The notes under the pieces were generated by a model. The model saw only the letters and a program-made list of their open reading frames with translations, did no database searches and was not told the DNA's origin. Made by a program: the position numbers and the translations under genes. From contig CM059445.1 in the NCBI GenBank assembly GCA_030390025.1, positions 9,362,001 through 9,426,000 on the forward strand: a DNA stretch of 64,000 nucleotides, in the 5' to 3' direction. Shown here in pieces: positions 1 through 13,074 of the stretch. Origin of the DNA: Squalus acanthias. Its lineage: Eukaryota. Position 1 is the stretch's first letter, and each line of letters opens with the position of its first letter.

Positions 1-44
1 CATTTACAGCATTTTCTGTTTTATTTCAAGGAATCATCGTACGG

Positions 45-275
45 TTCAATGAATCATACAGCAGAGGCGGCCATTCGGCCCATCATGCCAGCTCTTCGGA
101 AGAGCTATCCAGTTAGTTCCGCTCTTTCCCCACAGCCCTGAATTCTTTTCCTTTTCAAGTATTTATCTAATTCCCTTTTGAAAGTTGCTATTGATTTTTT
201 CCAGATACAAACAAGAAAATTTGAAGAGATGCCTCCCCTCCAGCCCTCCTCCCAAGTATTTCCACACATTCGTCA
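45..275 (-). mobile_element. CR1 LINE 3' fragment
   Basis: Reverse complement of the CR1 tail (ggccattcggcccatc...); same family as 60090-61735. Boundaries approximate. Confidence 0.7.
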
Positions 276-320
276 CGCACAATTGGCAGAGTGATGGAAG
301 GATTTTGTAAGACTCCTTAC

Positions 321-920
321 CTGTGGAGTAGGGGTCAGGCTTCGGCTGTCGTGGCGAATGGTGATGCTGGATGACTTGCTGGGGTTTCGCCTGCTGGGGA
401 GGCTGGTGCTGCGGTTGCTGTGGCTGGGGTTGCTGAATATGGGATGGAAACTGCATAGACTGCATGTGAAGCGGCCTTGGTTGATGCTGCTGCTGATGTT
501 GCTGCTGCACCTGCTGCTGGGGTAGAGCTTGAGGTTGTGGATGGGGTGGAGGCTGTGGATGGGGCGGAGGCTGGGTGTGCGGCGGAGGCTGGGGGTGAGG
601 CGGCTGGGGCTGGCTGTGGACTGGCTGGGGTTGGGGTTGGGACGAGGTCTGGACTGTTGAGAGGAGCGGAGTCTGATTCTGGGCCTTCTGCAGCTGCTGC
701 AGGTACAGATGCATCTGACTGGGATGTAGGGGAATTGTGAGACGAGGCGGTGGTTCTTCCTCTTCCAGCATTGCTGGCGGCTGCGTCATCTGTGGTGGCT
801 GTAGTATAGGCTGTGGGACCATGGGCGGGGACTGTGCAAGGGGACGTGGCTGTTTCGGAGGTAGTGGTGCGGCTTTACCGCTGGGTCTGGATGGCTGTTG
901 AGGCAGACTACTGTGCAAAG
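321..920 (-). CDS. brd4: BRD4 long-isoform exon: P/Q-rich IDR
   Basis: (A)[22 protein letters not shown]...[10 protein letters not shown]...[23 protein letters not shown]; compare human [14 protein letters not shown]...[23 protein letters not shown]. ttctag acceptor, CAG|gtaagg donor, 600 nt, phase 1-1. Confidence 0.95.
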
Positions 921-984
921 CTAGAAGGAAAAAGATCACAAAAGGTGAGACTTAGTATGGTTTTTTTCAAACTCAAGTTCAGTA

Positions 985-1460
985 TACAGTAGAATCTCAT
1001 CACAAGATAGTTATGGATGTGGAAAGCCATTCGGCCCCATCTAAATTTACCCACCTAGAAAGGTCCTCGTGTCTCTGGCCTCTTGCAGCATCCAGCTGTT
1101 TCTTAAATGATGCCAGGGTTTTTAAATCTATCTCGATCTGGAATTCTAGTCTATACATTGATCACTCCCTGTGTCAAGAACTATTTCCTGATATTAGTTC
1201 TAGATTTACCCATTACCAGTTTGAACGCGTGTCCCCCATGTCCAACTCTTGCAATTTAATTTAATTTAATATTTGGAACCATGGATTTATCTTTTCCATT
1301 TCCTCAACTATCTTACACACCACTGCAAGGTCACCCCTCAGAACAGCTCCTCTCCAAGCCGAAGAGCACGTGTTTCTTCAATCATTCATCATAACGCAGC
1401 CCTTTGTCACCGGGGAACAGTTTCTGGCTTTTCTCTGCATTGCTTCTAAATTCTCCCTTC
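985..1460 (-). mobile_element. Diverged CR1 LINE 3' fragment
   Basis: gccattcggcccc tail motif plus degenerate ORF2 C-terminal sequence. Boundaries approximate. Confidence 0.6.
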
Positions 1461-1929
1461 ATACCCCACTCCATCCCAACCTCTGCAAAGCAGAGAAACT
1501 AAACCTTAGTAAGCAGTTCTCTATTCACATTTCTCCAAGAGACTCTGACCAGCATAGGTTAATGGGAGTGAGAAACAGCAGTACGGTATGCAGAGAAAGC
1601 AAGGATAGGAAGCCCATATATACAAAATCAACAGGGTAGATGCCAGTGTACTGGTTAATATGTGCCTATCAATGACGTTGCTACATTTAGTTAGCACATG
1701 GGTGCTATGGTGAAAATAAAGGAAAAAATCATACTTAAGCCACCACACTCCTGGGTGTTCTTCCAGAGTTCAAGTGGTTACAACACAGAAATTCTACCCA
1801 CCCAGCATGGAACCTTCACTGAATCCCAGTGGAAGAAAGAATGGCTACAATACAGCTTCACAAAACCGCTCAAGTTTGATACTGTGCTTTACCAGAAGGC
1901 TAGCAATGAAACTGCCCGTGTGCACGCAC

Positions 1930-2167
1930 CTGGAGGAGACACTACCGAATGCTGGGTGAGGTGAGGGGGCGAGTGCTGCTCAGGCGGTGGCGGCAAGTGC
2001 GTCTGCAGCTCGCTCTGGTGAGGAAGGTGCATCATGGGCTGGCCAAAGTGGGGCATGGCGTCATAGGCATTGGTCAACATCTGCGGTTCCATGATCGGAA
2101 GGGAAGTCGGTACAAACTGTGGAGGTGACTGTTTCATCGGCTGCGGCTGCTGATGGTGGTGGTGGTG
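1930..2167 (-). CDS. brd4: BRD4 long-isoform exon: His tract and proline-rich IDR
   Basis: HHHHHQQPQPMKQSPPQFVPTSLPIMEPQM...PPPPEQHSPPHLTQHSVVSPP; compare human HHHHHH...PPHLNQHAVVSPP. ttctctccacag acceptor, CAG|gtgcgt donor, 238 nt, phase 0-1. Confidence 0.94.
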
Positions 2168-3469
2168 CTGTGGAGAGAAGGAAGAAATTCTTCATTAGAG
2201 AGAGTGCTGAGTAATGAATGTTGTAATCGATAAAAGTTTCTTAGAAGGTTACTCGTTTAACTTTAAACCCTGATCAGACACACTAGGCTTGTGCTACCAT
2301 TCAGGATGCTGAATGTATTTTCCAGTAATGGGTTATTGTTGTCAAATTCTAAAATTTTCTCTCCAGCCCTCCTGGTCACCTCATCCAACATCAAATTGTA
2401 ACCAATCTGTTCCCAGGCCTCATCCAATGCCACTTTGAGCCAGCTGCTGGCATATTGAAGTGACCCGGACAAGACAACTCCACTCCATTCCACACGCCTC
2501 TTCCTTCCCCCAAAGCAGACAGCAACTGGCCTCCAACTTGCACATGTGCACAGTGAATGGGGATTGACAACTCCCGAGGCCCGAAGGATCAAATCTGCAC
2601 CTCCCAACTTCTCTGGTGTAGCAAACGGGCCAGTGCATCGTACAATTGCACTACTCCAAAACGGTCAGATTTATAACTTCAAAATAGTGTGCACGGTGTG
2701 CTCAGATTTTGAAACCTTGGCGGATCTTATGTTGGAAAAGCACAATATAAAACTCGCTTTTACGAAGATGAACTGAAACAGCAGCCATGGTGACAGTGGA
2801 GGCCACCGCAACCGCCTCCCCCCAGCCTCGTGGGCTTTCTTTGAGGGAGGGAGGGGGAGAAGATTAGAATCAGCAGGGTTCATGCTTTTACCCAACATCC
2901 TTCAGGGAAGGGAGTGTGTGGGGGAATTAGTTGGGTCTGGAGTTTAAATTGTTGTTGGCTCTGTAGTTGAGACAGGCTAAACACCAGTCCAATTGGATTC
3001 CCACATGAGATGCTGAATAATCTGTCTGTGTGCTAGATTCCACCCGCCCCGCCCCCAGTTCCAAAAGCAAGGATCTTGGCGCAACCAACGGCAACACCGA
3101 AGTAACCTTTCCAGATTTATTAAGTCCAGCAGCGGGGAAGACTGGTGTCATTAGCCACCAGTCTCCACAAGTCTGGCAAATTTCCTTTGGTGGTGCAGCT
3201 GACTGGCACGAGACCCTGACATCAGGAATCCACAGCACCAGTGCATTAATAAAACAAAACAAAAAACTTACCAACAGGCAACCAAGCTTTGCTGAGTCCC
3301 AGCTTGGAAAATTAATCTTTTCAAGTGACAATTTGATAAACTTTTAAAATAAATTCTTTACAACAAACTGAGCTAATGAGAGTTCCGTTGTGCAAATAGG
3401 ATGGATTCTATAACACCAGCGTTCTGCACAAAGATATCTACTGGAGTGATTTTCTAATTTGGCTTGTAT

Positions 3470-3865
3470 TCACTGTGTATAGAAGATTTAAGAGTGATCT
3501 GATCGAGTTGTTTAAAATGTTAAGGATTCGAGAGGGTAGATACTGAGAAACTATTTCCTCTGCCAGGGGGGAAATCAAGAACGAGGGGACATAATCTTAA
3601 AATTAGAGCTAGGCCATTTAGGAAGGAAATCAGGGAGCACTTCTTCACACAAAGGGTAATAAAAATCTGGAACACTCTTCCCCCAAAAGGCTGTGGATGC
3701 TGGGGGGTCAATTGGAGCTTTCGAGACTGAGATTTTTGTTAGGTAAGGGTATTAAGGGAAATGGAGTTAAGGCAAGTAAACAAAGCTGAGATACAGATCA
3801 GCCACGATCTAATTGAATGGCAGAGCAGGCTCGAGGGATAAATGGCCTACTCCTGCGTTCCTAAT
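3470..3865 (+). mobile_element. CR1 LINE 3' fragment
   Basis: Encodes RLRxDLIELFKML...HFFTQRVIKIWNTLP; ends with tail aatggcctactcctgc. Confidence 0.85.
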
Positions 3866-4997
3866 TTAAAGAGGATATGAGCACTGCATTTCCAAAAGGT
3901 TCCAATTTACAGATTTCTGATGATGTGCAGTCACCAGCAGAGCTGAAATACACTCGGGAGGGAGGAGCTGGTAGGTCTCAAACTTGTTTATTTTAAGCCT
4001 CTTCACTTGGAAAAGAGTTAACGTTTGCTGAATTTTACCTTTGACAGTGGCACAATTATTAACTAAAAAGCTTTGCGATTTTCTACATTTCTCAAACCCG
4101 TGTAATATCAAGCAATTGAGAAGCAAAGAAAATAATTCTTTCAGCATTTTACCAAGGCTTCAAATGCCTCAAAAGGGCTATATGGAAAAATCTGATGTTT
4201 TCTCTCGCACTAGATTACAATTCTCCCCATCCCAAATGTAGGAATTCATTTCTCCTCTGTTCTGCACCCCCCCCCCCCCAGCACTATTGTTTCTGCACCA
4301 CCCCTGGCGAGACTGCAGCAGGCAACCTGTTGATGAGGCCTGCGATGGCATCGCTCAAGCCAGACACTAAGAGATGCATGGGTGCGACCAGAGGAGCCCC
4401 AGACATCAAATTTCCCTCCCGAGACATTAGCCCAGTTCAGCGGTTGCCGAGATTGTGAGCAGTCTGTTTGGGGGGGGGGGGGGGGGGGGGAGGAATGCAA
4501 TCCGTCGCCTCTATGACGCACCATACTCCAGAAGCGTGCAGCTTCCTATAAATTTAGCTTTCTCTCCGCCCCCCCCCGCGCTAAAATGGATAAAGCCACC
4601 ATGTTAGGGCCTTGCTATTATACCTTAAGCAGAAAGGCAAGCTGTGAGATCATGCTCACAATTCCCCCACACCGAGCGCTCCCAATCTCGGGTCAATTCT
4701 TAGGGGAGCTATAAATGGGCCAGTTTTAAACACATCAGGAGAGCTGATTGTCTGCCTTTCCTCTTGGATAAGCGAATGGTGTTCATTGCTCAGGAGCGAC
4801 AGGTCAACCTTGGACTGCCTGGGAGGGTGGTGGGGAGGGGGGCAGCGGGGGGAAAGAAAGAAACTGCAAATGGAGTGTCTTGGAAATGTATTTATTTATT
4901 TTATGCAGATTTTAAATGTAGCAACTGAAGAGATGCTCAAACCCCAGCACACAAGTAAACAAACAGCACGCAGTCTCAGCCCGTTGGTTATTCCTAC

Positions 4998-5059
4998 CTT
5001 CTTCTGCTCCCGTCCAGAGCGACTCTTGTGGCTGCCATGTTTGGCTTTAGGTGGCATCT
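4998..5059 (-). CDS. brd4: BRD4 first long-isoform-specific exon
   Basis: (E)MPPKAKHGSHKSRSGREQKK; compare human EMAPKSKKKGHPGREQKK. ctcttctgcag acceptor, AAG|gtagga donor, 62 nt, phase 1-0. Confidence 0.93.
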
Positions 5060-7039
5060 CTGCAGAAGAGAGTTGAAATTGAGATGTGCTGGCTGACGGA
5101 CAACCACATCTAATCCATACTGTACACAAAAGAGCTCCAGGTGACTTTTTTTTTTAAACAGCTCTAACAGAGGACCTGCGCACAGCAGATTACAGCAAGA
5201 GTTGTGTATACACCCAAAAAAAATGTTGTAGAGTAGGAATGTAACATTTTTTTTTAAAGTAGGGCTGTAGGTTACGAATTTTCTTCCTTTACTTTGAATT
5301 ATTACCCCCCCACCGCCCAGTTGAAGATCTCCCCTGTGGCTTGTCCCTCCTCCCCTGGGGATCTGAATTATGCCTCCATAATGGAACAATCAACCCCAGA
5401 CCTCCAACAGCACTTGGTCCTACTCTCCATGGGAGAGCAGCTAGTCTATCATAGAAATATCTACAATAGAAGCCTCAATCAGGATCCCGATTAGCAAACA
5501 GTCTCATTATCCAGTCATATTCTATTAAAATATGTGCTGGCTGGCTGCGCAGTAACATATCCTCTCGGCGCTCAAGAATTAAGCTCAGTGACCCAACAGT
5601 TTTCTGATTCCCATTTTAGAAGATTATTCTTGTGCTTTGGGTGCTGTCCTCTGCCCCTCCCCAATATAGTGCTCCTTCCTTTCTCTGTTATGAAGGGACA
5701 CGGGCAACCTGTTTCCAGGTTTTGGAACCAGCTGCAAGGATGTGGACAGTAGTGGCTGATGTCATTTTCGCTACCAGCAAGAAGGTGGCTTGTTTACAGT
5801 CAACATGTTCCCTTTGTTCAATGCTGTGGTTAAGTAACCATCACGCGGGTAATTGTGAATGTAAACCCGTGCCCGGCAATCCTCTGGGCTCGTTGTCCCA
5901 TCTCTTGCAGGGTTTTACTTACTCTGGCAGTTTCACACCCTCAACGCACTCAAGCTGGCTCTTCTAAATTCAACAGCAGACAGTGAAGTAACATCAACTC
6001 AACTGTGCAAACAGTATTTTATCTGCGCGTGAAAAACAACGAGCATTGAGAGTCACTGTATCTGGTTAGCTACACACAAATGAGACGGCTTTTGTCCATT
6101 GTGCTTTCAGCTGCTGATCCAATGATGAGTGAATCACAGGATCACCATTTCCCCCAAATGATATGCAAGAGGAATGGCTGTCCGAGAGCAGATGTTCCTT
6201 TTTAATTAACATTCTCATTAACAGGGCACGTGCTATATAGTACTGTACCGAGGGTTAATAGAATTACAATCAAATCTATTAAAGGATTGCTTCTGGCACA
6301 GATAAGAATGGCGACTTTCAAATGCAGGTTCAACACAACATTATAAACAAGAGTCAGGTCCACGGGGGTTAAAGAAACACGGATGTTTACAGCTCCATAC
6401 ACACGAGCTGTATAAAAAAATAATGCGTCTGTCTCTGTTTCCTCCGCCTCCCCCCACCCCAAGAGAGCACACCTGCACAGGCTCGCCACATGAATCAAGG
6501 TGGAGTGCTTTATTGCATTATCCTGCAGAAAGGATCTAGTCAAATGATGAACTCAAAACTTCCTCCAAAGCAGTATACAGCACATTTCAACACAAGTCCT
6601 GTTACACATGCTGAAAATTCATCAACAAAATGAGTGATGCAAAACTTAACACAAAACTGGTTTACATCTGAGTAGCCAGCAATACGGGTGGAGGTAACAT
6701 TAAATTGTTTGAGGAAGTTGCTCATCTATCCTGACCCCAAGTGGAGTGCTTCAGTCACAAAAAAGTTTGCAGTCATCGCCTCCCTCCGACCCATGTCAAG
6801 GGCCCAACTTTCCATTAACTGATTGCCCTAAATTGCTTGCACAAGTGCCTTCGGCCATCAACTTCAGTATAAGGCAGGGAACTATAAAATCGAAACTAGG
6901 AACCACGAGTACCAATCCTCATCTTAAAAACTTGAAAAGAATGAGGTTCGCATGCACAGATGACAGGGAGAGAAACAGATAGCTTCCTAGTTGGTAAACA
7001 CCATCACATGGACAAACATTCAGAAGTTCACAAGTCTAT

Positions 7040-7230
7040 TACAACAACTTGCATTTATGTAGCGCCTTTAACTTGGTAAACATCCCAAGGAACATCACAG
7101 GAGCGTAATCAGACATAGCTTGATACTGAGCCATAGGGGGAAATATTCAGACAGTGGCCAAAAGCTTGGTCAAAGAGGGATTTAAAGGAGGAGAAGTGGA
7201 TAGGTTTAGGGAGAGTGGCTTTTAAAACAG
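7040..7230 (-). mobile_element. L2-type LINE 3' tail
   Basis: acaacaacttgcatttatgtagcgcc... is the reverse complement of the tail of the element at 39853-40223. Confidence 0.7.
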
Positions 7231-7897
7231 ACAATTGAGGCGGCTTTTCAGATTAACAACTTGTTTTCTCAACATGAGCCACCTCTTTTTTCCACAAAAG
7301 CCTTTGTACGAAACAACCCTTTAATAGAAGTCACATTCTTGATTAAACTCGTCTTGTTTCTTGAAACTATCAAAGTTTCTGAAGTATTCCACAAATATTC
7401 CAGCCTCAGCTATAGGTTCACAGCACCAAATTCCCAATTCATCATCAATAGCTTCTTTAATCCATCACCGGGCCCCCCCCCCCCGCCCCGCACCCCCCAA
7501 CAAGTTGAGAAACCGAAGCAAAGGGCCAAGCCCCCCAGTGAAGGACACCAGCAAGGTTGATGGAAAAAAGATGAGCTAAATCAATAGGTAGTAATTAGGT
7601 GGCAGAGTTGATGCTCAATAAGGAGGAGAAAGGGAAGAAAAACGACGATAAGGATCAACGACAGAAGAACATAGGGAGAAAGAGCAAGAAAAAGTGATGT
7701 CTGGCAACCATCCTATGACATAGGAGCATCCTATGTCGGCCTTGCTGTCTGGAGAATGATGTCACTGAACTCCAGTAGTTCTGAAGTCACAAGATAATTA
7801 CAAACGAGGAAGGCCATTCGGTCCAACTTACTTCACAAATTCAGAAGGACCCTCAAGACCCCCTCACTACAGCGTCTAATTATTTCTTAATTAAGTG

Positions 7898-8422
7898 GAG
7901 TACTGCATCCAGTTCTGGGCAACACACTTTAGGAAGGATGTGAAGGCCTTAGAGAAGGTGCAGAAAATATTTACTAGAATGATTCCAGGAATGAGGAACT
8001 TCAGTTACGTTGATTGTCTGGAGAAGCTGGGGCTGTTCTCCTTGGAGCAGAGAAGATTGAGAGGAGATTTGATAGAGGTGTTCAAAATCATGAGGGGTCT
8101 GGACAGAGTAGATAGAGAGAAACTGTTGCCCATTGACAGAAGGGTCGAGAACCAGAGAACACAGATTTAAGGTGATTGGCAAAAGAACCAAAGGCGACGC
8201 AAGAAAAAGCTTTTTTACGCAGCGAGTGGTTAAGATCTAGAATGCACTGCCTGAAAGGGTGGTGGAGGCAGACTCAATCTTATCTTTCAAAAGAGAGTTG
8301 GATAAGTATCTGAAGTAAAAAAAATTTGCAGGGCTGCAGGGAAAGGGCAGGAGGAGTGGGACTAGTTGAGAGTCGGCACGGGCCGAATGGCCTTCTTCCG
8401 TGCTGTAACCATTCTATGATTC
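7898..8422 (+). mobile_element. CR1 LINE 3' fragment nested in an older antisense CR1
   Basis: ORF 7895..8170 EYCIQFWATHFRKDVKALEKVQ...; ATTCTATGATTCTA octamer tail; TAAGTG duplicated at 7892-7897 and 8423-8428. Confidence 0.9.
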
Positions 8423-8475
8423 TAAGTGCAAGGTTTTCACTTGTACTACTCTATCCAGTCGTCCTTGTATTGTTG

Positions 8476-8477
<2 letters not shown>

Positions 8478-8516
<39 letters not shown>
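8478..8516. repeat. (TG)n microsatellite
   Basis: Perfect dinucleotide run. Confidence 0.95.
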
Positions 8517-8519
<3 letters not shown>

Positions 8520-9309
8520 AAGGAACTTCCGATATATCTATCCTAAATTTGCCGTTTACTAGTTTGAGTTTGTGTTGCCTGCTTTTGAATGGTGCTTTCA
8601 CTGATTACCTGTAATTCCCCTCCACCCCATCTCCCATTTAGTAAAATGTTTTAGTGAACTCACTCAAGTGGTAGGATCTGGAAAAGCAAAAAGAGATCAC
8701 AAATATAAAAGTTCTTCATGAACTACACTCAATTTGAAGAAATTAAAGCAATGCAAGCAGTACAGGCTAAAACTATCTGGCACACTGTTCAAACCTAAAG
8801 CTGGAGATTCTATATTTTGCCAGTCACAAAAAAAATGAGCAACACTGAAATTTAATTTTTAAATTAGGTAACAAAATATTTCACTGCAAATTGGTGCGAT
8901 GGGTGTGAAAGCCATTAACAAATGCTGCACGGACAGGATAGAGGCTATCCTTTGTAAGTTTCATTAGCAAGAATAAATGTGACGAGTACTTATTTACGAG
9001 ATCCACCATTTTCTCTCAGTTGCGTTTTACCTTCGTGGGTCATTTTCAAGGCAAGCAGCTGCTCAGATCTTGCTCCTTCATTACAGCACCAATGCAGTAC
9101 AAACTTTAGTTCCCTCCCACGCCCTCCCCCCCAGCCATCTTTAACAACGAACTGCACTGCAATGAAGCTTCAGCGAAGCACCTATCAAACCTGTGATATG
9201 CAGTAGCCGTTAATTTTGTTTCTGGTTACACCTGCAATAACTGTGTTACAATGACTAATCACTTTCTGTGAACGTTATCATGAATCAGTGGCAATGAAAT
9301 GCGCTAGAC

Positions 9310-9650
9310 ACAGCTCCCCCAGTAGCTGGTATGTGCAATGCCTGCTGTGGCACTGAGCCAAACAGACTAGGAGGGTTTCGGGATTCACGTGTTCCCCCGG
9401 CTGAGACAACGGCTGGGAGCCTACAATTTGCCTCAACGCTCCTGGGCTAGGGAGGGCAAGAGGAACCAGGGCTCCCACTTTGGTTCGTGCACCTGTGTGG
9501 GTGTCAGGGTCGATGACAGGATCGATGACGGGATCAGTTCATAGTTGGGATCAAACATTAAGAATGGCCACTTGGAGGAATGGCTGCCGCACTCTCGGGA
9601 CAATGCACCACAAGAGCCAGCATCTTCAGGAGATGAGAAGAAAATCTGAA
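9310..9650 (+). mobile_element. Old SINE-like interspersed repeat
   Basis: Shares blocks (tacaattggcctcaa, ctgggctagggaggg, aagaatggccacttgg) with ~22070-22450, 27520-27680, 32520-32880 (minus), 33040-33390, 35630-35790 and 41500-41820. Family not identified. Confidence 0.55.
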
Positions 9651-10519
9651 CACAAGAAAGGCTAATTTCATTATCCCCAATTAACAGTTTCAGATCCCAA
9701 TTACACTGCTGATCAAGTTGCTTTTATATTCATTTAGTGGCAGCTAGTGTGCTCGAATCCTGATGCACGGGTCTCGGGCAACATTTTAGTGTTTTATTTT
9801 TTAAACTGGGCGTACCCCACCGTTGGCCTTAGAAAACCCATCAAGTTTACTTTGATGTTGCTGCTGGTTGCACACGACCTGGGCGTTGGGAGTAATAATA
9901 TGGCACATCGGCCAATATTAGCAGCTTCAGTGGCTCAACACCATCAGATCCATTCTGCATCACAAAGGTGTCCAAGGACAGAGGGGCCATCAGTGAATCA
10001 GCGAAATTCAGCAGGTTGAACCTTCAATTTGTCTATTAAGCAGTTAAATCACGTCACGGAGCAGCAAGCCGGCCAAGGCACACCTCTATTTACATCCTAC
10101 TCGTGGAAGAGTCACCGGAGTACAAATTGCATTTCACAATTCCCCAGCCAATCTCCTTCATACACATTTGATGGTGCTCCATTACAATGCAATTACTCTC
10201 ACGAGCTAGAACTGGAGAGGATTTATTCTGCGCAGTTTAAGAAGCAGAATTAATTAGACCAGGCTACTTCAAAACCGATGGTTTCAGGTTCACAATTTAT
10301 CTTGGTCATTGTGTCTGATTGTTTCACGTGGAGTTGCAGATTCAATGTCGTTAATTCACTGACGCTTAATCATTCTGAAAAGCGAAATAATTTTTTTCCC
10401 CCCACATTCCCGAAGCTTTTGAGTGGATCAACTGTTTCTTTTACCTACTCTTGCTTTTTTGTTTAGACAGCTCTTCAACTTGGTAAATTGCAAGCCATTT
10501 ATTAATGACAGTTGTAGGG

Positions 10520-10882
10520 AAGTTGATGAGAGGGTTGTCCTCGGAGGAGATTGAGTAGAATGGGCCTATCCTCTCTGGCGTTCAGAATATTGAGGTGTGA
10601 TCTCATCAAAACATACAAGATTCTGAGAGGGCTTGACTGGGTAGATGCTGAGAGGCTGTTTCCCCCGGCTGGAGAGTCTAGAATTAGGGGGCATCGTCTC
10701 AGGATAAGGGGTCGGGCTTTTCAGACGGAGATGAAGAGAAATTTCTTCACTCAGAGGGTGGTGAATCTTTGGAATTCTCTACCCCAGATGGCCGTGGATG
10801 CTCACTCGTTGAGTATATTCAACGTTAGATTTTTGGACTCGAAGGGAATTAAGGGATCTGGGGATTGAGCGGGAAAGTGGAG
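10520..10882 (+). mobile_element. CR1 LINE 3' fragment
   Basis: ORF 10551..10868 LRCDLIKTYKILRGLD...FFTQRVVNLWNSLP. Confidence 0.85.
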
Positions 10883-11994
10883 AGAGTGCACGTGTGCTAA
10901 AAGCGTGTTAAGAGCATTCGGTTCATTTTTAAGGTCATGGAAATAAATTATTGCCCCTTTGGTTATAGTCGGCCCTCAAGTGTGACAACACCCTCCCTAA
11001 AACAGGACCTGTAGAAGTCTTCAAATAATTCTCTATGGTAACTACAAGAATCTGCATTATTCTCTCCAGTAAATAAGGGAAGTTATCTTGTGCACTACAG
11101 TGACATCCTGGATTAATTTATTTTATAAGGCGCTCCCCTCCAATATCAGTGTCCATGTGTGCAAATTAGTTTTCATTTTCAGTTTCCTCCACTAGCTATG
11201 TTCACTCATGCTTTACTCAGTAATGCCCTGATTTCCACACAGTCTCCAATGTTGCTGAGGTCGAGCAATTCTACACAGAGATGCTGGATAAATGATGGAC
11301 CAGTTACTTCTAATTAATCTTAAATAACTCCCAAATAGCAGTTAGTTGCATTGTAAAAGTGTGGACGCAGTTTGGCTGCTCACCTGGGAGCAGTTTGTTT
11401 AATGGGGAGAAAAATTTACTGCCACACACACACGCACAGTGTCCTAGGGACATAATTTGCCGAAAGGGGGCAGGTATCCGCATCATTTACAATGTTCCCA
11501 GGTTACCGCCTTGTGGGGAGGTAGGAATATTGGATGGCAGCTGATCTGGCTGAAGAGGTGAATTGCTTTAAAATATTAGGCCAATGTCTCGGTTGCTGTT
11601 GGGAAATTGGCATTAGATCCCCATTTCTTCTTTTTGTAAGTATTCCTGCATCACGCAGGCATATTTTCCCTTGGCCACAAAAAAACTTGGGATTTCAGGC
11701 AAGTTGATTTATAGAACGTTCTTGTATTATTCTGTCGTCTTCTCTCCTCTCCCAAAGGCACCGAGCTACATTGGGGTACAGATCCAGAGGTTCTGTCAGC
11801 CTTCAGACTCAATCCAAAGTATCGGCTTTTGGCCCAGGTTGGCTATTTGCCGACGGAGAACAACACAGCAAGCCCAACCTGCCTTCACCAGACATCCAGC
11901 ATGTGGTAACACAAGAGATTCTCTTCAAATTAGAGCTAGGCCATTTAGGAGTGAAATCATGGATCACTTGGTGCTGCAAATTGACATCAGCAAT

Positions 11995-12535
11995 TGTACT
12001 GTGTACAATTTTGGTGTCCTTACCGAAGGAAGGATATACTTGCCATAGAGGGAGTGCAATGAAGGTTCACGAGATTGATTCCTGGGATGGCGGGACTGTC
12101 GTATGAGAAGAGATCGAGTAAACCAGGCCTGTATTCTCTTGAATTCAGAAGAATGAGAGGGGATCTCTTTGAAGCATACTAAATTATTACAGGGCTTGAT
12201 AGGGTGGATGCTGGGAGAATGTTTCCCTTGGCTGGGGAGTCGAGAACCAGGGGCCACAGCCTCAGGATAAAGGGTCGGCCATTCAGGACTGAGATGAGAA
12301 GAAATTTCTTGAGGGTGGTGAATCTTTGGAATTCTCTACCCCAGAGGGCTGTGGAGGCTCAGTTATTGGGTATATTCAGAACAGAAGTCGATAGATTTCT
12401 GACGAGTAAGGGCATCAAGGGATATGGCGATAGGGCCGGTGAATGGAGTTGAGGCAGAAGATCAGACATGATCATATTGAATGGCGGAGCAGGCTCGAAG
12501 GGCCTACTCCTGCTCCTATTTCTTATATTCTTATG
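11995..12535 (+). mobile_element. CR1 LINE 3' fragment
   Basis: ORF 12204..12452 ...RGHSLRIKGRPFRTEMRRNF.RVVNLWNSLP; tail cctactcctgctcctatttcttat. Confidence 0.88.
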
Positions 12536-13074
12536 CAACTTAGCATTTGTTGGGGGCAGGGGAGGAGGAGAATAAAGAAACAGGAAATGGGGGGGGAGAA
12601 TGGAAGAGAATGGAGGGGAAGGGAAGAGGAGAAAACAGCTGGCCTGACCATTATAGTGACCCCCGTGCAGGGCTCATTATTGTTTAACTGCGACTATCAT
12701 GACCCTGTCACTAGCCGCCATCTTTCTGGATGGAAGGAGAGGTACTCCCTGCCTTCAGAGGCAGCGAAAGCTATCCCTCAGTCAGGTACACCGCCTACAA
12801 TGTAAACTCAGGTTAAAAAAAATAGCGTGTCATCCCCCAGTGAGGGAGCCAAAGCCTTTCGTAACAGAGAGGGGATAAAAAAGTGGCTCTCGCATCCCTT
12901 CCGAAGAAAGCTCAAGTAATATGTTATTACCTCCAAGGTCAAGGCCAAGTCTCACTATCACCAAATAATAGCAACTTTAACTTACTATGGAACATTTTTA
13001 TTGGTCTGATGAGAGTGTTCTTCATGCAATTACACCAAGGACACTCGCTGCACGTTACTGGCAACCTGGTGTTA

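Noticed and set aside
477-740. Plus-strand Ala/Gly/Val-rich ORF
   Set aside because: Antisense shadow of the P/Q-rich brd4 exon.
4195-4720. GC-rich segment with possible degenerate terminal inverted repeats
   Set aside because: TIR match too weak and no target-site duplication found; cannot support a MITE call.
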